The notes beneath the pieces are model-generated. The model ran no database searches. It worked only from the letters and a program-made list of their open reading frames with translations, and was not told where the DNA came from. A program made the position numbers and the translations under genes. From assembly GCF_963921235.1 (NCBI RefSeq), contig NC_086098.1:236964001-237028000 (forward strand): 64,000 nucleotides of DNA, given 5' to 3'. The DNA is from Mobula hypostoma (Eukaryota). Below, in pieces: positions 51,926 to 64,000 of this stretch. The first letter of the stretch is position 1. The number at the start of each line of letters is the position of its first letter.

Positions 51926-52831
51926 CTGAGTGTGAGAGAGGAGATGGAGAGGATTAGGCAATATTAATTTTAGGACTAACTGGATCTCAGGAGAGGAAAG
52001 TTAACTCTGGCAGATAAATAACCACCGATTATTGAGGCAAGCATTGAAATGTGTGGCAGTGATTGCGGTCACTGACGTTTCATACTGTCGGTGAATGAAG
52101 CGTCAGTGAGGAGTTCTCCAGGTTAATCACAAATCCCAAGTACGGCTTTAACTACCACTGTCTTTCCGGGCGGGGAGTTCCAGACCCCAAGGGTACTCCG
52201 TTCATCAATTCCCTACCCATGTTGCCCAGTTTTTCACCTAGCTGTACAGTGGTATTTACTGCCACACTCCAATAGTTCCCTAGAAATATAACTGGGCCGC
52301 CAATTGACGAGTTACGATTTCGGCTCTGTGACAAAGCTCTACAAATTCCGAGTTTCGAATAGATTGTCCTCTCTAGCAGTGCTTTGCGATTCCGTGAAAC
52401 TTTTGCCTAAAATCCGTACTCTCCTACCAACAACGGATCCTGTTCTTCCCTGTTAATAGTCCCATTGCTGAGGACAACTCCTCATTAAGTTCCAGAGATA
52501 GAATTTGCCTGTACCTGATTTGGTGAACATTTCACTTTAAACTGTTCAAATCTCTTCGCCCAGTGATGGCTGAGGAAATGGCGGAAAAGAGGGGCTGGCC
52601 TGTGAGTGGATGCGAGGCGACGAAACAAGAAATCTTCCAGATTATTCTTGGATTTGCTCCTGGACACGAGCAAACCCGACTGTGTTGTTGCACTCTGTGA
52701 TCAGCACGACGCAATTTTCCTGCAATACAACTTGAAAAAAAAATCCGCATTTTTTTTTCTTGTTCGACATCCCGCGGAAAGTTTTAACTTAAAACGGCCA
52801 GTATTTACGTGTGTGTGCGTGCGTGTGTGTT

Positions 52832-52862
<31 letters not shown>

Positions 52863-53491
52863 TTGATTCGGGGTTGGGCAGCGGGGGGTCGGGTTGCGGT
52901 GTGGTATCGGGACGTACAAGGACTCCGTTAGCAGGAACTAAAGGAAACGAAAACTTCAGATGGAGAGAATGCGGAAGTCACTGGTAGAAAAATTGAAGTG
53001 TAACTCTCCCAGTAGCAATCCTAATTTGGCCAAAAAGCAGTGAGAATGTTGATCTCCCTCCCACAGAGAAGGCTGGAAATGAAGAGCAGAGGTGCAGGTC
53101 GGAAAGGGAAAGAAGGGGCTGGTGATGGCGGGAAGTGCACGAAGACGGAAGAGGTCAGCGTCGGGCACAAATATCAGCATTGGTCTGGAATGGCGGAATA
53201 GGATACCTGAGTGCATCTGATGTAATTCTGACTGCACGTTACACGCCAGCAAACTCCCAACGTACTGCGAGCAGCCGAGTAAAAACAGACCACGTAAACC
53301 CACAGGTAGTTGTTTCTTTATTATGAGCTGTATTACACAAGATCCAACGACAACACGAGCACCGTCTGAAGGGCGTTCTCTCCCCATTCTACATATAGCG
53401 GAAGTTCAGACAGAGCACAGTGAATATAATTCTACAGAGAATGACTCGTAGCAAAAGACAGGCAGTCATTTTTGAAATTATTAAACATTTG

Positions 53492-53497
53492 TTTATT
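53492..53497 (-). terminator. Polyadenylation signal AATAAA for cluster 2 (a second one at 53317-53322)
   Basis: TTTATT on the plus strand, ~120 and ~300 nt downstream of the C2 stop. Confidence 0.6.
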
Positions 53498-53616
53498 CCC
53501 AGAAGCGGGTTTTACTACACAATTACATTTCACAAGGCGGCTGCACAGTCCCAGTGAGCGTTTTACTGCATTAAACAGGAGCAAACAATCAGCTTGCGCA
53601 GGCAACCGAAGCTGCC

Positions 53617-53945
53617 TCACTGCGCACAGGCGGACGAAGAGATGGTGTTGCGCAGCGGCGAGCTCAGCGAGCTGTGGCTCACGCTGCAGGAATAACTCGA
53701 GCCCTTGTTCCAGGCAGCGGCCGGTACCCGCAGGTAACTGCTCAACCTGTAAGTCTGGTCGGTGTCCGGGGACACAGCGCCTGTCGCCACCCCGCTGTCG
53801 GTATGGACTCCATCCACGCTCCAGCGTACCGATACCAAGCCCGGCTTAAAGCCGCTCACCAGGCAGGACAGAGTAGCAGAACCTGAACCGGTCTCCTTCG
53901 TTGAGGGAGGGAGCAGAAGAACCGTGGGCTTCCGGGATTCGGTAC
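53617..53945 (-). CDS. IgL cluster 2 constant exon (C2)
   Basis: cacatacag|GT ACC GAA TCC acceptor; open to TGA; same length as C1, about 86% identical to it. Confidence 0.95.
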
Positions 53946-55771
53946 CTGTATGTGAGAAAGGACACGGAGGGGAATAGAAACAACATTAAATTTAGGACTG
54001 AGTAGAATTCGGGATCAAAAAAAAACTGGCTGAGAATTAACCTCAAGCCACCAGCTACTGGGGCAAAGAGTGAAATATGTGGCGGAGGATGCGTCATTCT
54101 GTTGGGAAATAAATTGTCAGTCAGGAGTCTCCCAGGTTAATCACAGCTCCCCCGTGCCCTTACCTTTCACTATATTCACTGGTGAGAAATCCCAGGCTCC
54201 AATCATGACGAGTAAGGAGCCTCACCCAATCCACCCATCAAAGTCCTGCACACGTTTCTTCCAGGTTATTGGTGTGTCTACAGTTTCGAGTTCACTGCCG
54301 AACTCTAATAGTTCCCATAATCTAGAACTGGGCGGTGAATTGACAGATATTACTCCGTCATCTCTGTGAAGGAGAGCTACAAACTTCGGATTTCTAATCC
54401 ACTGTTCTCTCTCTAGCACAAATATCCCGATTCCGAATGAATTAGCTCAACACCACCCCCTCTCCGCCCACCTTCCGCCAACATCAATAAATACGGTGCT
54501 ACTCTGTTCCTGGACCCTTTGCTGAGGCGAATTCCCGAGATATCCAATTGCCCGTCCCTGACTTTGTGAACATTCCACGTCAGGCTATACAAAGCTCCCC
54601 GCTTAGTAATGGTAGAGGAAATGGCGGAAAAGAAAAGCGGATCCGTGAGATGAAGTGAGGCGAAGGAACAAGTAACGGTCCAGTTCAGACCGGGATTACC
54701 TCCCGGACACGATCAAACCCGACTGTTCCCGCTCGACTCTCTGACCAGCCCGCCTTTGTCCAGCATTTTCTGCAACGTAACTTAAAAATAATACGCATTT
54801 TTTATTTCCTTATCGCGACCACATTGAAGATTTTAATTTTAAGCGGACGGTCCGGAACACCGTGCTCACCATTTATAGCAGTTCGGAAATTGGGGATAGG
54901 CTAACAGTGAGTTGTGGTAGTTTTGATTTTGTTATTAGTGCATCTGTTTCACTGGGTTAAATTGGGAAAATTTCTGATAAATCTCAGGTTGTACCACATC
55001 AGATTGAGGCGATCGAATGCCGCGATTGTCCACGTGTAATGAGCTCATTAAATTGAAAAATGGTTCATCAGCGGATATGAATGGCCTTCCGTCCCGATCT
55101 GAGACAGTTCGAACTCCACTACGGCGTACAGATGGTACTGTCATTTTCTGGACGGATATGTCTACAGCAGTGTGGAACAAGAGGGTCTATGATGGGCATT
55201 GCTTATAACGGAATGAGGGAGTCACTTACTCTTTATATCCAGGATAGTGCCTGGACCGAAGATAACTCCATTGTCCCAGGTTGCACAGTAATAGACAGCG
55301 GAATCCCGGGACTCCAAGCTGCTGATGGTCAGGATGTGGCTATTGCTGGAGGTGTCTCTGGACGGTTGGAAACGGTCTGTGATCCCTGTCCCTCGCGCTA
55401 TGTAACCATCATCATAATCATGTCTGATCACCCACTCTGGTCTCACTCCGGGAAGCTGTCGGTACCAGCCCATGTGATGACTTGCAATGTTACCGTTCTG
55501 CATCCGACATTCTAAGCGGACGGTCTGTCCCGCGGAGACAGGACCGGACATTGGTGTCTGATTGAGAACTGGGGCCGACAAGATACCTGCAATAAAATGT
55601 AATAAAACCACTGGGTGATTTGGATCCGATAGAAGTTTCGTCAATCGCTAAATTCGTGTTAAAGGTAATCGGTAATTGCAATTTCAATGGATAATTCGCC
55701 GCTAAAGCAATGCGACTCTCACCTGACAAATGGACCAGCAGAGCCCACAGGAGATGCAGTACTAGGGACAT
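53617..55771 (-). CDS. NS5-like: Immunoglobulin light chain, sigma-cart (type I/NS5) isotype, germline-joined VJ, cluster 2; join(55723..55771, 55230..55586, 53617..53945), 244 aa
   Basis: Exons of 49+357+329=735 nt splice in frame with GT/AG boundaries. Leader is MSLVLHLLWALLVHLSG; V ends ...YYCATWDNGVIFGPGTILDIK; C ends SSSACAQ*. Confidence 0.93.
55230..55586 (-). CDS. IgL cluster 2 fused V-J exon
   Basis: ttattgcag|GT ATC TTG TCG acceptor; invariant Cys/Trp/Cys and FGPG; AAG A|gtaagtga donor; no RSS. Confidence 0.95.
55723..55771 (-). CDS. IgL cluster 2 leader exon
   Basis: ATG TCC CTA GTA CTG CAT ... TCA G|gtgagagtc; 136-nt intron. Confidence 0.92.
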
Positions 55772-55865
55772 TGCTCCGATAGGCTGAGACAGTAAGCGCC
55801 GAAACGTCGGACTAATCCCCGCTGTTCACAGTTCCAGGTTCTGTAAACCGGAGCCCCCGGGTCTG

Positions 55866-55902
55866 TTTATTAAGAGGGATGTTAATGAATTGGGAGGCGC
55901 CA
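55866..55902 (-). promoter_or_regulatory. Putative V promoter block, cluster 2
   Basis: Same position and block as cluster 1 (TTAATAAA on the coding strand; ATTAACAT at 55879-86). Confidence 0.45.
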
Positions 55903-58399
55903 GTGATAGGATGGGGCGGAGACTGATCACACGTCCTTTGGAATCTATGAATGTCGACCTTAGTAATCTTCCTAACTTCACGTCTAATTTCAAAAATGTT
56001 TCATCTTCAGTTGTGTAACATTTACAGGCCGGTAAAAAGTTTATAAATACAAAATAAACGGACTTTATACGTCGATATCGGCAGCTGCTCTTTGAAAAAA
56101 AAAAATACACAGTGGGCCTTCCGGCGCATCGTTTCTGCCCCAGTTGCTAATGAGATTAAAACTGTTCGAGATCACATTTATCAAATCCCGAAGATGACCC
56201 AATGCACCTTGTCATTGCCTTCGCCACCAACATCCAGTGGTGACCATTGACCAGAAACCACTGTATGGATTAAACTAAGGCATAAAAATTAGAATATGGC
56301 AATGGCTGGAGATCATAAAGTTCATTGTACCAAGAAACAAATAAAAATATCTATATGTCATCATATACGACCATAAGATTCATTTTCAGTAGATACTAAG
56401 AAATACAATGGGATCAATGAAAGACCTAACACAAATACTTACAAGCAACCAATGTAGAAAAGAAGACAAACTCTGCAAAATGAAAATAATTAAATAGGCA
56501 TGTAGCTAGACAGATAAATAGATAGATAAGTGAATGAAAATCGTGGGCTGTAGTCATTGAAAGCGAACCCATAGTTTGTGGAATCAGTCCATTGTTGAGG
56601 TGAGTGAAGCTATCAACTCTGGTTCAGGAGCATGGACACGTATCTGATCATGCTATAGACGCTTCGAAGACTTTCAGAAAATACCTTTCGAATTCTCTGG
56701 ACGTCACTCCCGTTCCTCCGGGAAAACAAAACAACATCCTAACCAGATGGAGTTGTTCCGCTCCATCACCGTAAAATGTACTTCCTTTTCCACTGGGATG
56801 CAGCGTAGGCCATTGAAAAAACTAATCAAGGGTATGCTATTCGGTTATTGGACTCTCGCGCTCTCTCCTATTTCGAATGAAATGGGGCTTGTCACTCAAC
56901 TCCCTGCACTGAATTCTTAATTATCAATTTCATTCATATCCAAACATCTATCCCCAAAGTGAAGTTATGGGTATGCAGTACGGTGAAGAATTCTTTTGGC
57001 AAAATGGCCTTCAACAGTCAGAATACTTAGTTTAGATCGTTGGGATCCAATGTTGTACATGCATTAGATGTTGAATCGGTCACACTTGGAAAACTGTCTT
57101 CAGTGTTAGTCACTCTACCATAAGAAAATGCCATCAAGCTACGAATCGTGCAGTAAATATTTATGAGGATGTGGGTAGGGCTCGAAGGACTGAGTGATAA
57201 GGATAAGTCGGGGAGCTTAGGACTTTATCCCTTGGAGCGTAGAATGAAATGCCATCTCATAAAGTGTATAAAATCGTAAGGAGTTGTGTAGTCTGACTTT
57301 TCCCAGGATTGGGAAATGAAGAACTAGAGTGCACAGGTTGCAGACGAGTAAAGCAAGATTTAATAATAACGTGATGGACACTTTTTCAACAGAGGACGGA
57401 CACATACGTAATGAATTTCGAGAGTATTTGTATGTTGCACAAACATTTACAGCATTTAAGAGACATTAGACGTGAATTTGGACATGCATTGGAAAGGTTT
57501 GATGGGATATGGGAGAAACGATGGTAAATTGGAATGACTTGGGTCGGCATCTAGTTTGTCGTGGCCGAGTTGACGCATAGGGTTTGCCGTGGAGGGTTAT
57601 AGAGTCGTACAGCAAGGGAAAGTCCTGCTTCCCTGCTGTACGGCTCTATAACCATATATCCTCGTAATTCCTCGATCACTTGCATGTCCTTCCACAACAC
57701 AATATTTCAACAGCGCTCTCATTAGGGCGGTAGAGACATGGATTCAAAGAGCACTGCAGCACAGAAGCTGGCCCATCGGCCCAACCATTCCAAGCCGAAC
57801 TATTATGCTGCCTGGTCCTATAGACACGCACGCGGACCATAGCCCTGTAGACACATCTCATCAATGCATCTATCCAAATTCCTCTTTGATGTTGAAATCG
57901 AACCCGAACCCTGCAGCTCCCATATGAGCTGGTTCAACATTCCCACCAACCTCTGAGTGAAGAAGATACCCGTTTTATTCTCTTTATACCTTTCATGGTT
58001 CACTCTTAAAACTTGAGCTCTCGACTCACCCAACCATTGTGGAATGAGCCTGTTTCACATATTTATACCACTGATTATTTTGTTATAATAGTGTAAGTAG
58101 CATTATAGTGTCGTACATAAACATACGCCTCTCACTTTATGCCAACCTGTCAATCTTCAGGCAATGCCAATCAGGAATTTATGTTAATGCAATATTATGA
58201 CTGTATGTGTTGGGTAGTAACTTTATGATCTGTGTGTGACTACATGCAACTGCGGTTTGCATCTTGGCTCCTGAGAAACGGTGTTTCGTTTGTATACATG
58301 TGTAGGATTGGATATCAATAAATGTGAACCTGAAAACGGACACAAGACCTTATTCTCTCACCATGAAAAAGACTATTATAGTAGATGTTTTTAACTTTC

Positions 58400-60680
58400 T
58401 ACACATTGACTGAGAATCCCATACTGTAACAGGACTAGATGGGATAGAGTTTGTCATATTTGTTCAGGATAGTTTCATTCATCAGAACGTAGAAGTCCCA
58501 ACGATAGAGCACGCGAAACTGTATCTGCTATTAGGGAATGTCAGGGCAGGTGATAGAAGCTTGTGCTGGGGAAAACTTTACAACTAGTGAGCACAAAGCC
58601 ATTAGTTTCAAAGTAAATATGCAAAATGATAGCTCTGGTCTACGGATTGTGGTCCTAAATTGGAGTAAGGCTTATTTTGACGGTACCAGAAATGATCTGG
58701 CAAGTGCGGATAGGGACAGGTTGTTTTCTGGCAAAGGTGGACTTGGTAAGTTGGAGTCCCTTCGAGAGTACGAAGCTTGTATGTGGCTGTCAGAATAAAT
58801 GATTAAAGATATTAATAGTTGGAAACTTTGCTTTTCAACTGACATTGAGGCCCTGGTTAAGAAAAAAACGGAGGCCCATAGCAGGTATAGGCAGGTAGAA
58901 AAATGACGTGCTTATGGAGCATAAGAAATGCAAGGGAACACTTTTTAAGAAAGAAATCATGAAGGTTAAAAGAAGATATTTAGTTGCTCTGGCACATCTG
59001 AAGGAGAATCCGAAGTAATTCTCAGATATGTTAAGAGCAAAAGGATTGCAAGGGGCAAAGTTGGTCCACTGGAAGACCAGAGTGGTAACCCATGGACGGA
59101 GCCAAAACAGATGGGGGATATTTCAGATAAACCTTTTGCATCTGTATTTACTCAGCAGTCGGACATAGAGTCAATAGAAATAAGACAAAGCGGCACAAAC
59201 TTCATGGACACTGTAACGATGACAGAGTAGGAGGTTCTTGGTATCTTGAGGCAAATCAGGGTGGATAAATCCACAGGGTCTAACAAGATGTTCTTTCAGA
59301 CCCTACGGGAGGCAAGTGCAGAAATTTCTTGGGCCCTAGCAGAGATATTAAAATCATCTTTAGCGATTGGAGAGTTACTAGGGTAGCCGATGTGATTGCA
59401 CTGTTCTGAAAATGCTCTAGACATAATCGAGGAAATTATAGGCCGATGAGTCTGACATCATTTGAGGGAAAGGCACTGGGATATATTCTAAGGTACTAAG
59501 ATCAATGAGTGCTTGGATAGACATGGTCATTTAGGAGAGTCAACATACTTCGTGCGTGGTAGGTCAGGTCTAACCAAACTTAAAGAGCTTTTTGATGAAG
59601 TTACCAGGACAGTGGACTGAGACAAGGCAGATGATGTTGTCGACATGGTCTTTAGGAAGACATTTGACGTTTCCGCATGGGAGGTTGGTCAAAAACTTTC
59701 AAACGATCGGCATTCAGCATAAGGTAATGAATTGGATTAGACATTGGCTTTATGGGAGAAGTGTTAGTAGAACCTTGTCTCTCTGGCTGGAGGCCTGTGA
59801 CTAGCGATGTGCCGCAGGGATCGGTGATTGGTCCTTTGTTCTTTGTCATCTATATCCATGATCTGAACGATAATGTGTTTAACTGGATCAGCGAACTTGC
59901 GGATGACACCAAAATTGGAGGTGTGGTGGACACCGAAGAGGCTATCATGGTTTGCAGAGGGATCTGGCCAACTGGAAAAAAATTGGCTGAAAATTTGCAG
60001 GTGGAATTTAATGAAGACAAGTGTGAGGCTTTGCACTTCGGTAGGGCCAACCTGGTAGTTGTTACGCAATGAACGGTAGGGCACTGAGCAGTGTGGTAGA
60101 ACAAAGAGATCTGGGAATACAAGTCATTGAAAGTGGAGTCACAGGTAGATAGCGTCGTAAAGAAAGCTTTTGGCACATTGGCGTTCATAAATCAATATAT
60201 TGAGTAGAGGAGATAGGGGTTATTTTGCAGTTGTATGAGACGATATTGAGGCTTATATGGAGTCTTTTGTGCTGTTCTAGTCACCTACCTACAGTAAATA
60301 TGTAAACAAGGTGAAGGAGTACTGAGAACATTTACAAGGACGTTATGGGCCTCGAGAACCTGAGTTATAAGGAAAGATTGAATTGGTTAGGACATCATTC
60401 CTTAGAGTATAGAAAATTGAGAGGAAATTTGACTGTTATACAAAATCACGAGGAGTATAGGAAAGGTTAAAGCAAGCGGACGTTTTACACTGAGTTTGTG
60501 GGGGCCTATAACCAGAGGTCATGGGTTAAGGGTTAATGGTGAAAAGTTTAAGGGGAACATGAGGGAAAACCTCTTCACTCAGAGGGTTGTGAGAATGTGG
60601 AATGAGCTGCCAGCGCAAATGGTGTATTCTAGCCCGATTTCAACGTTTAAGGCAAGTTTGGATAGGTACATGGATGGTAT
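58400..60680 (+). mobile_element. Degenerate CR1 LINE
   Basis: SDVPQGSVIGPLFF, ELADDTKIGG and FTQRVV motifs. Confidence 0.88.
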
Positions 60681-60689
60681 TCTATATAT

Positions 60690-61225
60690 CCCTTTCATAA
60701 TTTTACATGTTTTATAAGATCTCCACTCATCTTTCGGAATTCTAGCGCGCACAGTACCAGGCACTCAATCTCTCCTCATAGTCTAGCACCCTGATCTCTG
60801 GAATCAACCTGCCGAACCTCCTCTGTACCGCCTCCAAAGCCAGTAATTCCCCTTCAATAATCTAGCAATGAAGGCCAACATTACATTTGCCTTCTTGATA
60901 GCCTTCTGCATCTGCAAACCAACCTTTTCGCGTTTCATGCACAGGCATTGCCAAGTACTTCTACAAAGCAACATTCTAGAATAATTTACCATTTAAAGAA
61001 TAAGCTGATCTTCCATTCCTCCTTCCAAAGTGGATGATCTCCCTTTTATTAACATCTGCCAGACCTTTGCCCCCATACTTAACCTATCTATATCTCTCTA
61101 TAGACTCTCCATATCTTCTGCACAATTTGATTTTCCACTTAATTTAGTGACATCAGCAAACTTAGATAAACTACACTCGGTCTCCTCATTCAGATCGTTA
61201 ATGTATATTGTGAACGGGACCAGCA
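60690..61225 (-). mobile_element. CR1 RT fragment
   Basis: KFADVTK and KKANVMLAFIAR motifs. Confidence 0.75.
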
Positions 61226-62894
61226 CCAACAATACTCAGGCCCTTCTATTGGAAAGTCTGTGCGAGGAGTGGCGCCCCACACAGACTTCCAATCTACACC
61301 TTTTAAGGCATGAAAATGTCCGACGCAGGCCTCTGAGGTCTGAGTGGACTCTCCCTCCCTCTATTGGAAAGCACGTAATAACCACACCACAGCAACACAC
61401 AACTATTGCATCCATAGGATCTCATCATTCATTGCACTGCCACGCTAATGGACCAGTGTTATTTGTATTCACTCTCCAGCCTTCTGCTGGTACCAGACCG
61501 TTGTGGCGCTGTATGAATTCAGAGTGGTGTTGATCGGTCCGTAGTTTCTGCATTACCCGTTAAACCTCAGAACAGCCTGAGATGAACCATTCCTATCATA
61601 ATCTCTCCCGGGCCCTGTACGATGACCGGTTAGCGAGGCAGTTTGTGTAAGCTGTTTCAAGAAGGGGCATCATCAACAAGGATCCCCATCACTGTAATTG
61701 TAGATCCTCACTCTAATGATCGATGTCACCGACAGTGGGCCCTGTGTGGGACATCACCCCTCTCGTTTTTGTTGTCCACGATTTAGTTCATTACTGTCCA
61801 CCCTGCATTCCGCCACCACCTCTACATTTGTTGTTGGATATTGTGTACTGGATGAGAAAAAAATTCTCCCAAGTAAATGTTGGGCTCGTACGATTCGGTC
61901 TTAACGTTTGTCTAATAACGCCACTGTGAAGCATTTTGGCTTATTTGATTTGAGAAACCTACTATCATAATATCCTTCAGTTTTAGGTTGGGTTAAGGCT
62001 TTTTTTTTCTATAGATCAACTCTCACTGGGTTATGGGAAATGGGGAATGCGATCTAGAAAACGAGTCGATAATGAGTTGGGACATGGCCCTTTTCATCAA
62101 ACTAATTCTGACCGTCAGATACTGGTCAGTTCAGTTAACCGCTCCTTCATGATTGTGCACAGGGTCGAGCAGCCTGTGTCTGTGAACGGGACTGATGCAG
62201 CTGCGTGCATCGTGATTTCCCCATGGGGACGGAGAAGGTGATAGTAGAGCCTTTATTTAGCGACAGTTACACAAATTGTTGCTGTTTCTGTCTTGTTTAT
62301 GAAGCGGTGCAGGTGGTGCGGTCACTGGGTCTAGGCGCGGCGGGGGTGGTGGGGGGGGGAGTGGAGACAGGGCGAGGGAGACAGTGTGAGATATACTGCG
62401 AAAATCTTAAAAACACTCTAAATCTGAGAGATTGAAACAACTGGAGGTCACGAATTGTAATACGAAATCTTTGAAAAATCGTTTTCATAAATTCAGAAAG
62501 AGAGAGAGAGAGAGAACGACGGGAGGGAGTAAGTTTGAGAGGAGAGACAGGCGAGACAAGGAAAGGGAGTAGAAAAAGAGAGAGACGGAGAGGCAGAAAA
62601 AAGGGAAGCCCATAGCTAATCATCCCACCCCACCTCCAGCATCACTGTGGCCTGAAAATTCTTGGGCAGACAGTTCCATAGATCCACAGCCTCTGACTGA
62701 ATTGGGTCACATCACCGTTATTCATACAGTCTCCCACCGCTTCTCCAGAGGATAGAGATTTCGCGTCCTCTTTGTAGCAGATTCAGTATCTTGTCCACTA
62801 GTGTCATCCTCTCCATTTTACTAAACTTCAGGCAGTTTGGTGTCTCCCTCTCAACCTGTCCTGATGGGGTCGTCTTCTCCTCCGGGGAAGCAAA

Positions 62895-63795
62895 GATAGA
62901 TAGATAGATAGATAGACATACTTCATTGATCCCGAGGGAAATTGGGTTTCGTTACAGTTGCACCAATCAAGAATAGAGTATAAATATAGCAATATAAAAC
63001 CATAAACAATTAAATAATAATATGTAAATTATGTCAGATGGAAATAAGTCCAGGACCAGCCTATCGGCTCAGGGTGTCTGACCCTCCAAGGGAGGAGTTG
63101 TAAAGTTTGATGGCCACAGGCAGGAATGAGTTCCTATGACGCTCAGTGCTGCATCTCGGTGGAATGAGTCTCTGGCTGAATGTAATCCTGTGCCCAACCA
63201 GTACATTATGTAGTGCATGGGAGACATTGTCCAAAATGGCATGCAACTTAGACAGCATCCTCTTTTCAGACACCACCGTCAGAGAGTCCAGTTCCATCCC
63301 CACAACATCACTGGCCTTACGAATAAGTTTGTTGATTCTATTGGTGTCTGCTACCGTCAGCCTGCTGCCCCAGCACACAACAGCAAACATGATAGCACTG
63401 GCCACCACCGACTCGTAGAACAACCTCAGCATCGTCCGACAGATGTTAAAGGACCTCAGTCTCCTCAGGAAATAGAAACGGCTCTGACCCTTCTTGTAGA
63501 CAGCCTCAGTGTCCTTTGACCGGTCCAGTTTATTGTCAATTCGTATCCCTAGGTATTTGTAATCCTCCGCCATGTCCACACTGACCCCCTGGATGGAAAC
63601 AAGGGTCACCGGTACCTTAACTCTCCTCAGGTCTACCATCAGCTCCTTAGTCTTTTTCACATTAAGCTGCAGATAATTCTGCTCACACCATGTGACAAAG
63701 TTTCCCATCGTAGCCCTGTACTCAGCCTCATCTCCCTTGCTGATGCATCCATCTATGGCAGAGTCATCAGAAAACTTCTGAAGATGGCAAGACTC
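62895..63795 (-). mobile_element. Rex1/Babar LINE 3' fragment with open C-terminal ORF and (TCTA)n tail
   Basis: QKFSDDSA, WCEQNYLQLNVKKTKELMVD, YKYLG and SRFYFLRRLRSF; inserted between sequences that are contiguous in the paralogous unit (~34750). Confidence 0.88.
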
Positions 63796-64000
63796 TTCAA
63801 AAGATCAGCATGGGGATTTGGTTCCGTAAACTAAACCTGTTTCTTGTATAGAGAGGCTGACATCCACCGCCCCCCCCACCCCACAAACCAAACGTCCCGA
63901 CCTCAAAACTCTTTGGTAAAGGCCAATATTTGTCTCCCTCACAGTTTGCTGTACTTGGATGTACCTGTATCAGAATTCAGCAAAGGAAAAATGTGATCCT

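Noticed and set aside
53415-53450. CACAGTG heptamers in C 3' flanks (also ~51385)
   Set aside because: No ACAAAAACC-like nonamer at correct spacing, and not positioned next to a V or J
12460-64000. The two units as uncollapsed haplotypes across the gap
   Set aside because: Noncoding identity is only about 70-80% and TE content differs, far too diverged for alleles

Overview
Repeat-rich cartilaginous-fish genomic DNA, probably a batoid (inferred from the gene type and repeat landscape). The only host protein-coding genes I can support are two intact minus-strand immunoglobulin light-chain clusters of the sigma-cart (type I / NS5) isotype, at 21533-23728 and 53617-55771. In both, V and J are already fused in frame in the germline, with no RSS, while the leader and J-C introns are retained. 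The second cluster is followed by a ~2 kb tandem duplicate that carries a mosaic pseudo-C exon (V-J-C-psiC). The two clusters sit in an old tandem segmental duplication with a period of about 30-35 kb, and a 144-N gap lies between the units. The rest is transposable-element debris: a decayed endogenous retrovirus (gag-pro-pol-env, tRNA-Ser PBS, two LTRs), many CR1 LINEs, Rex1/Babar and L1/Tx1 fragments, a head-to-tail array of R4/Dong-type elements, Penelope-derived hairpins, a Tc1 (DD34E) transposon, a nested SINE/solo-LTR/CR1 stack and microsatellites. All alignments and counts were done by eye. Repeat boundaries are approximate, while Ig exon boundaries were indexed to the base.
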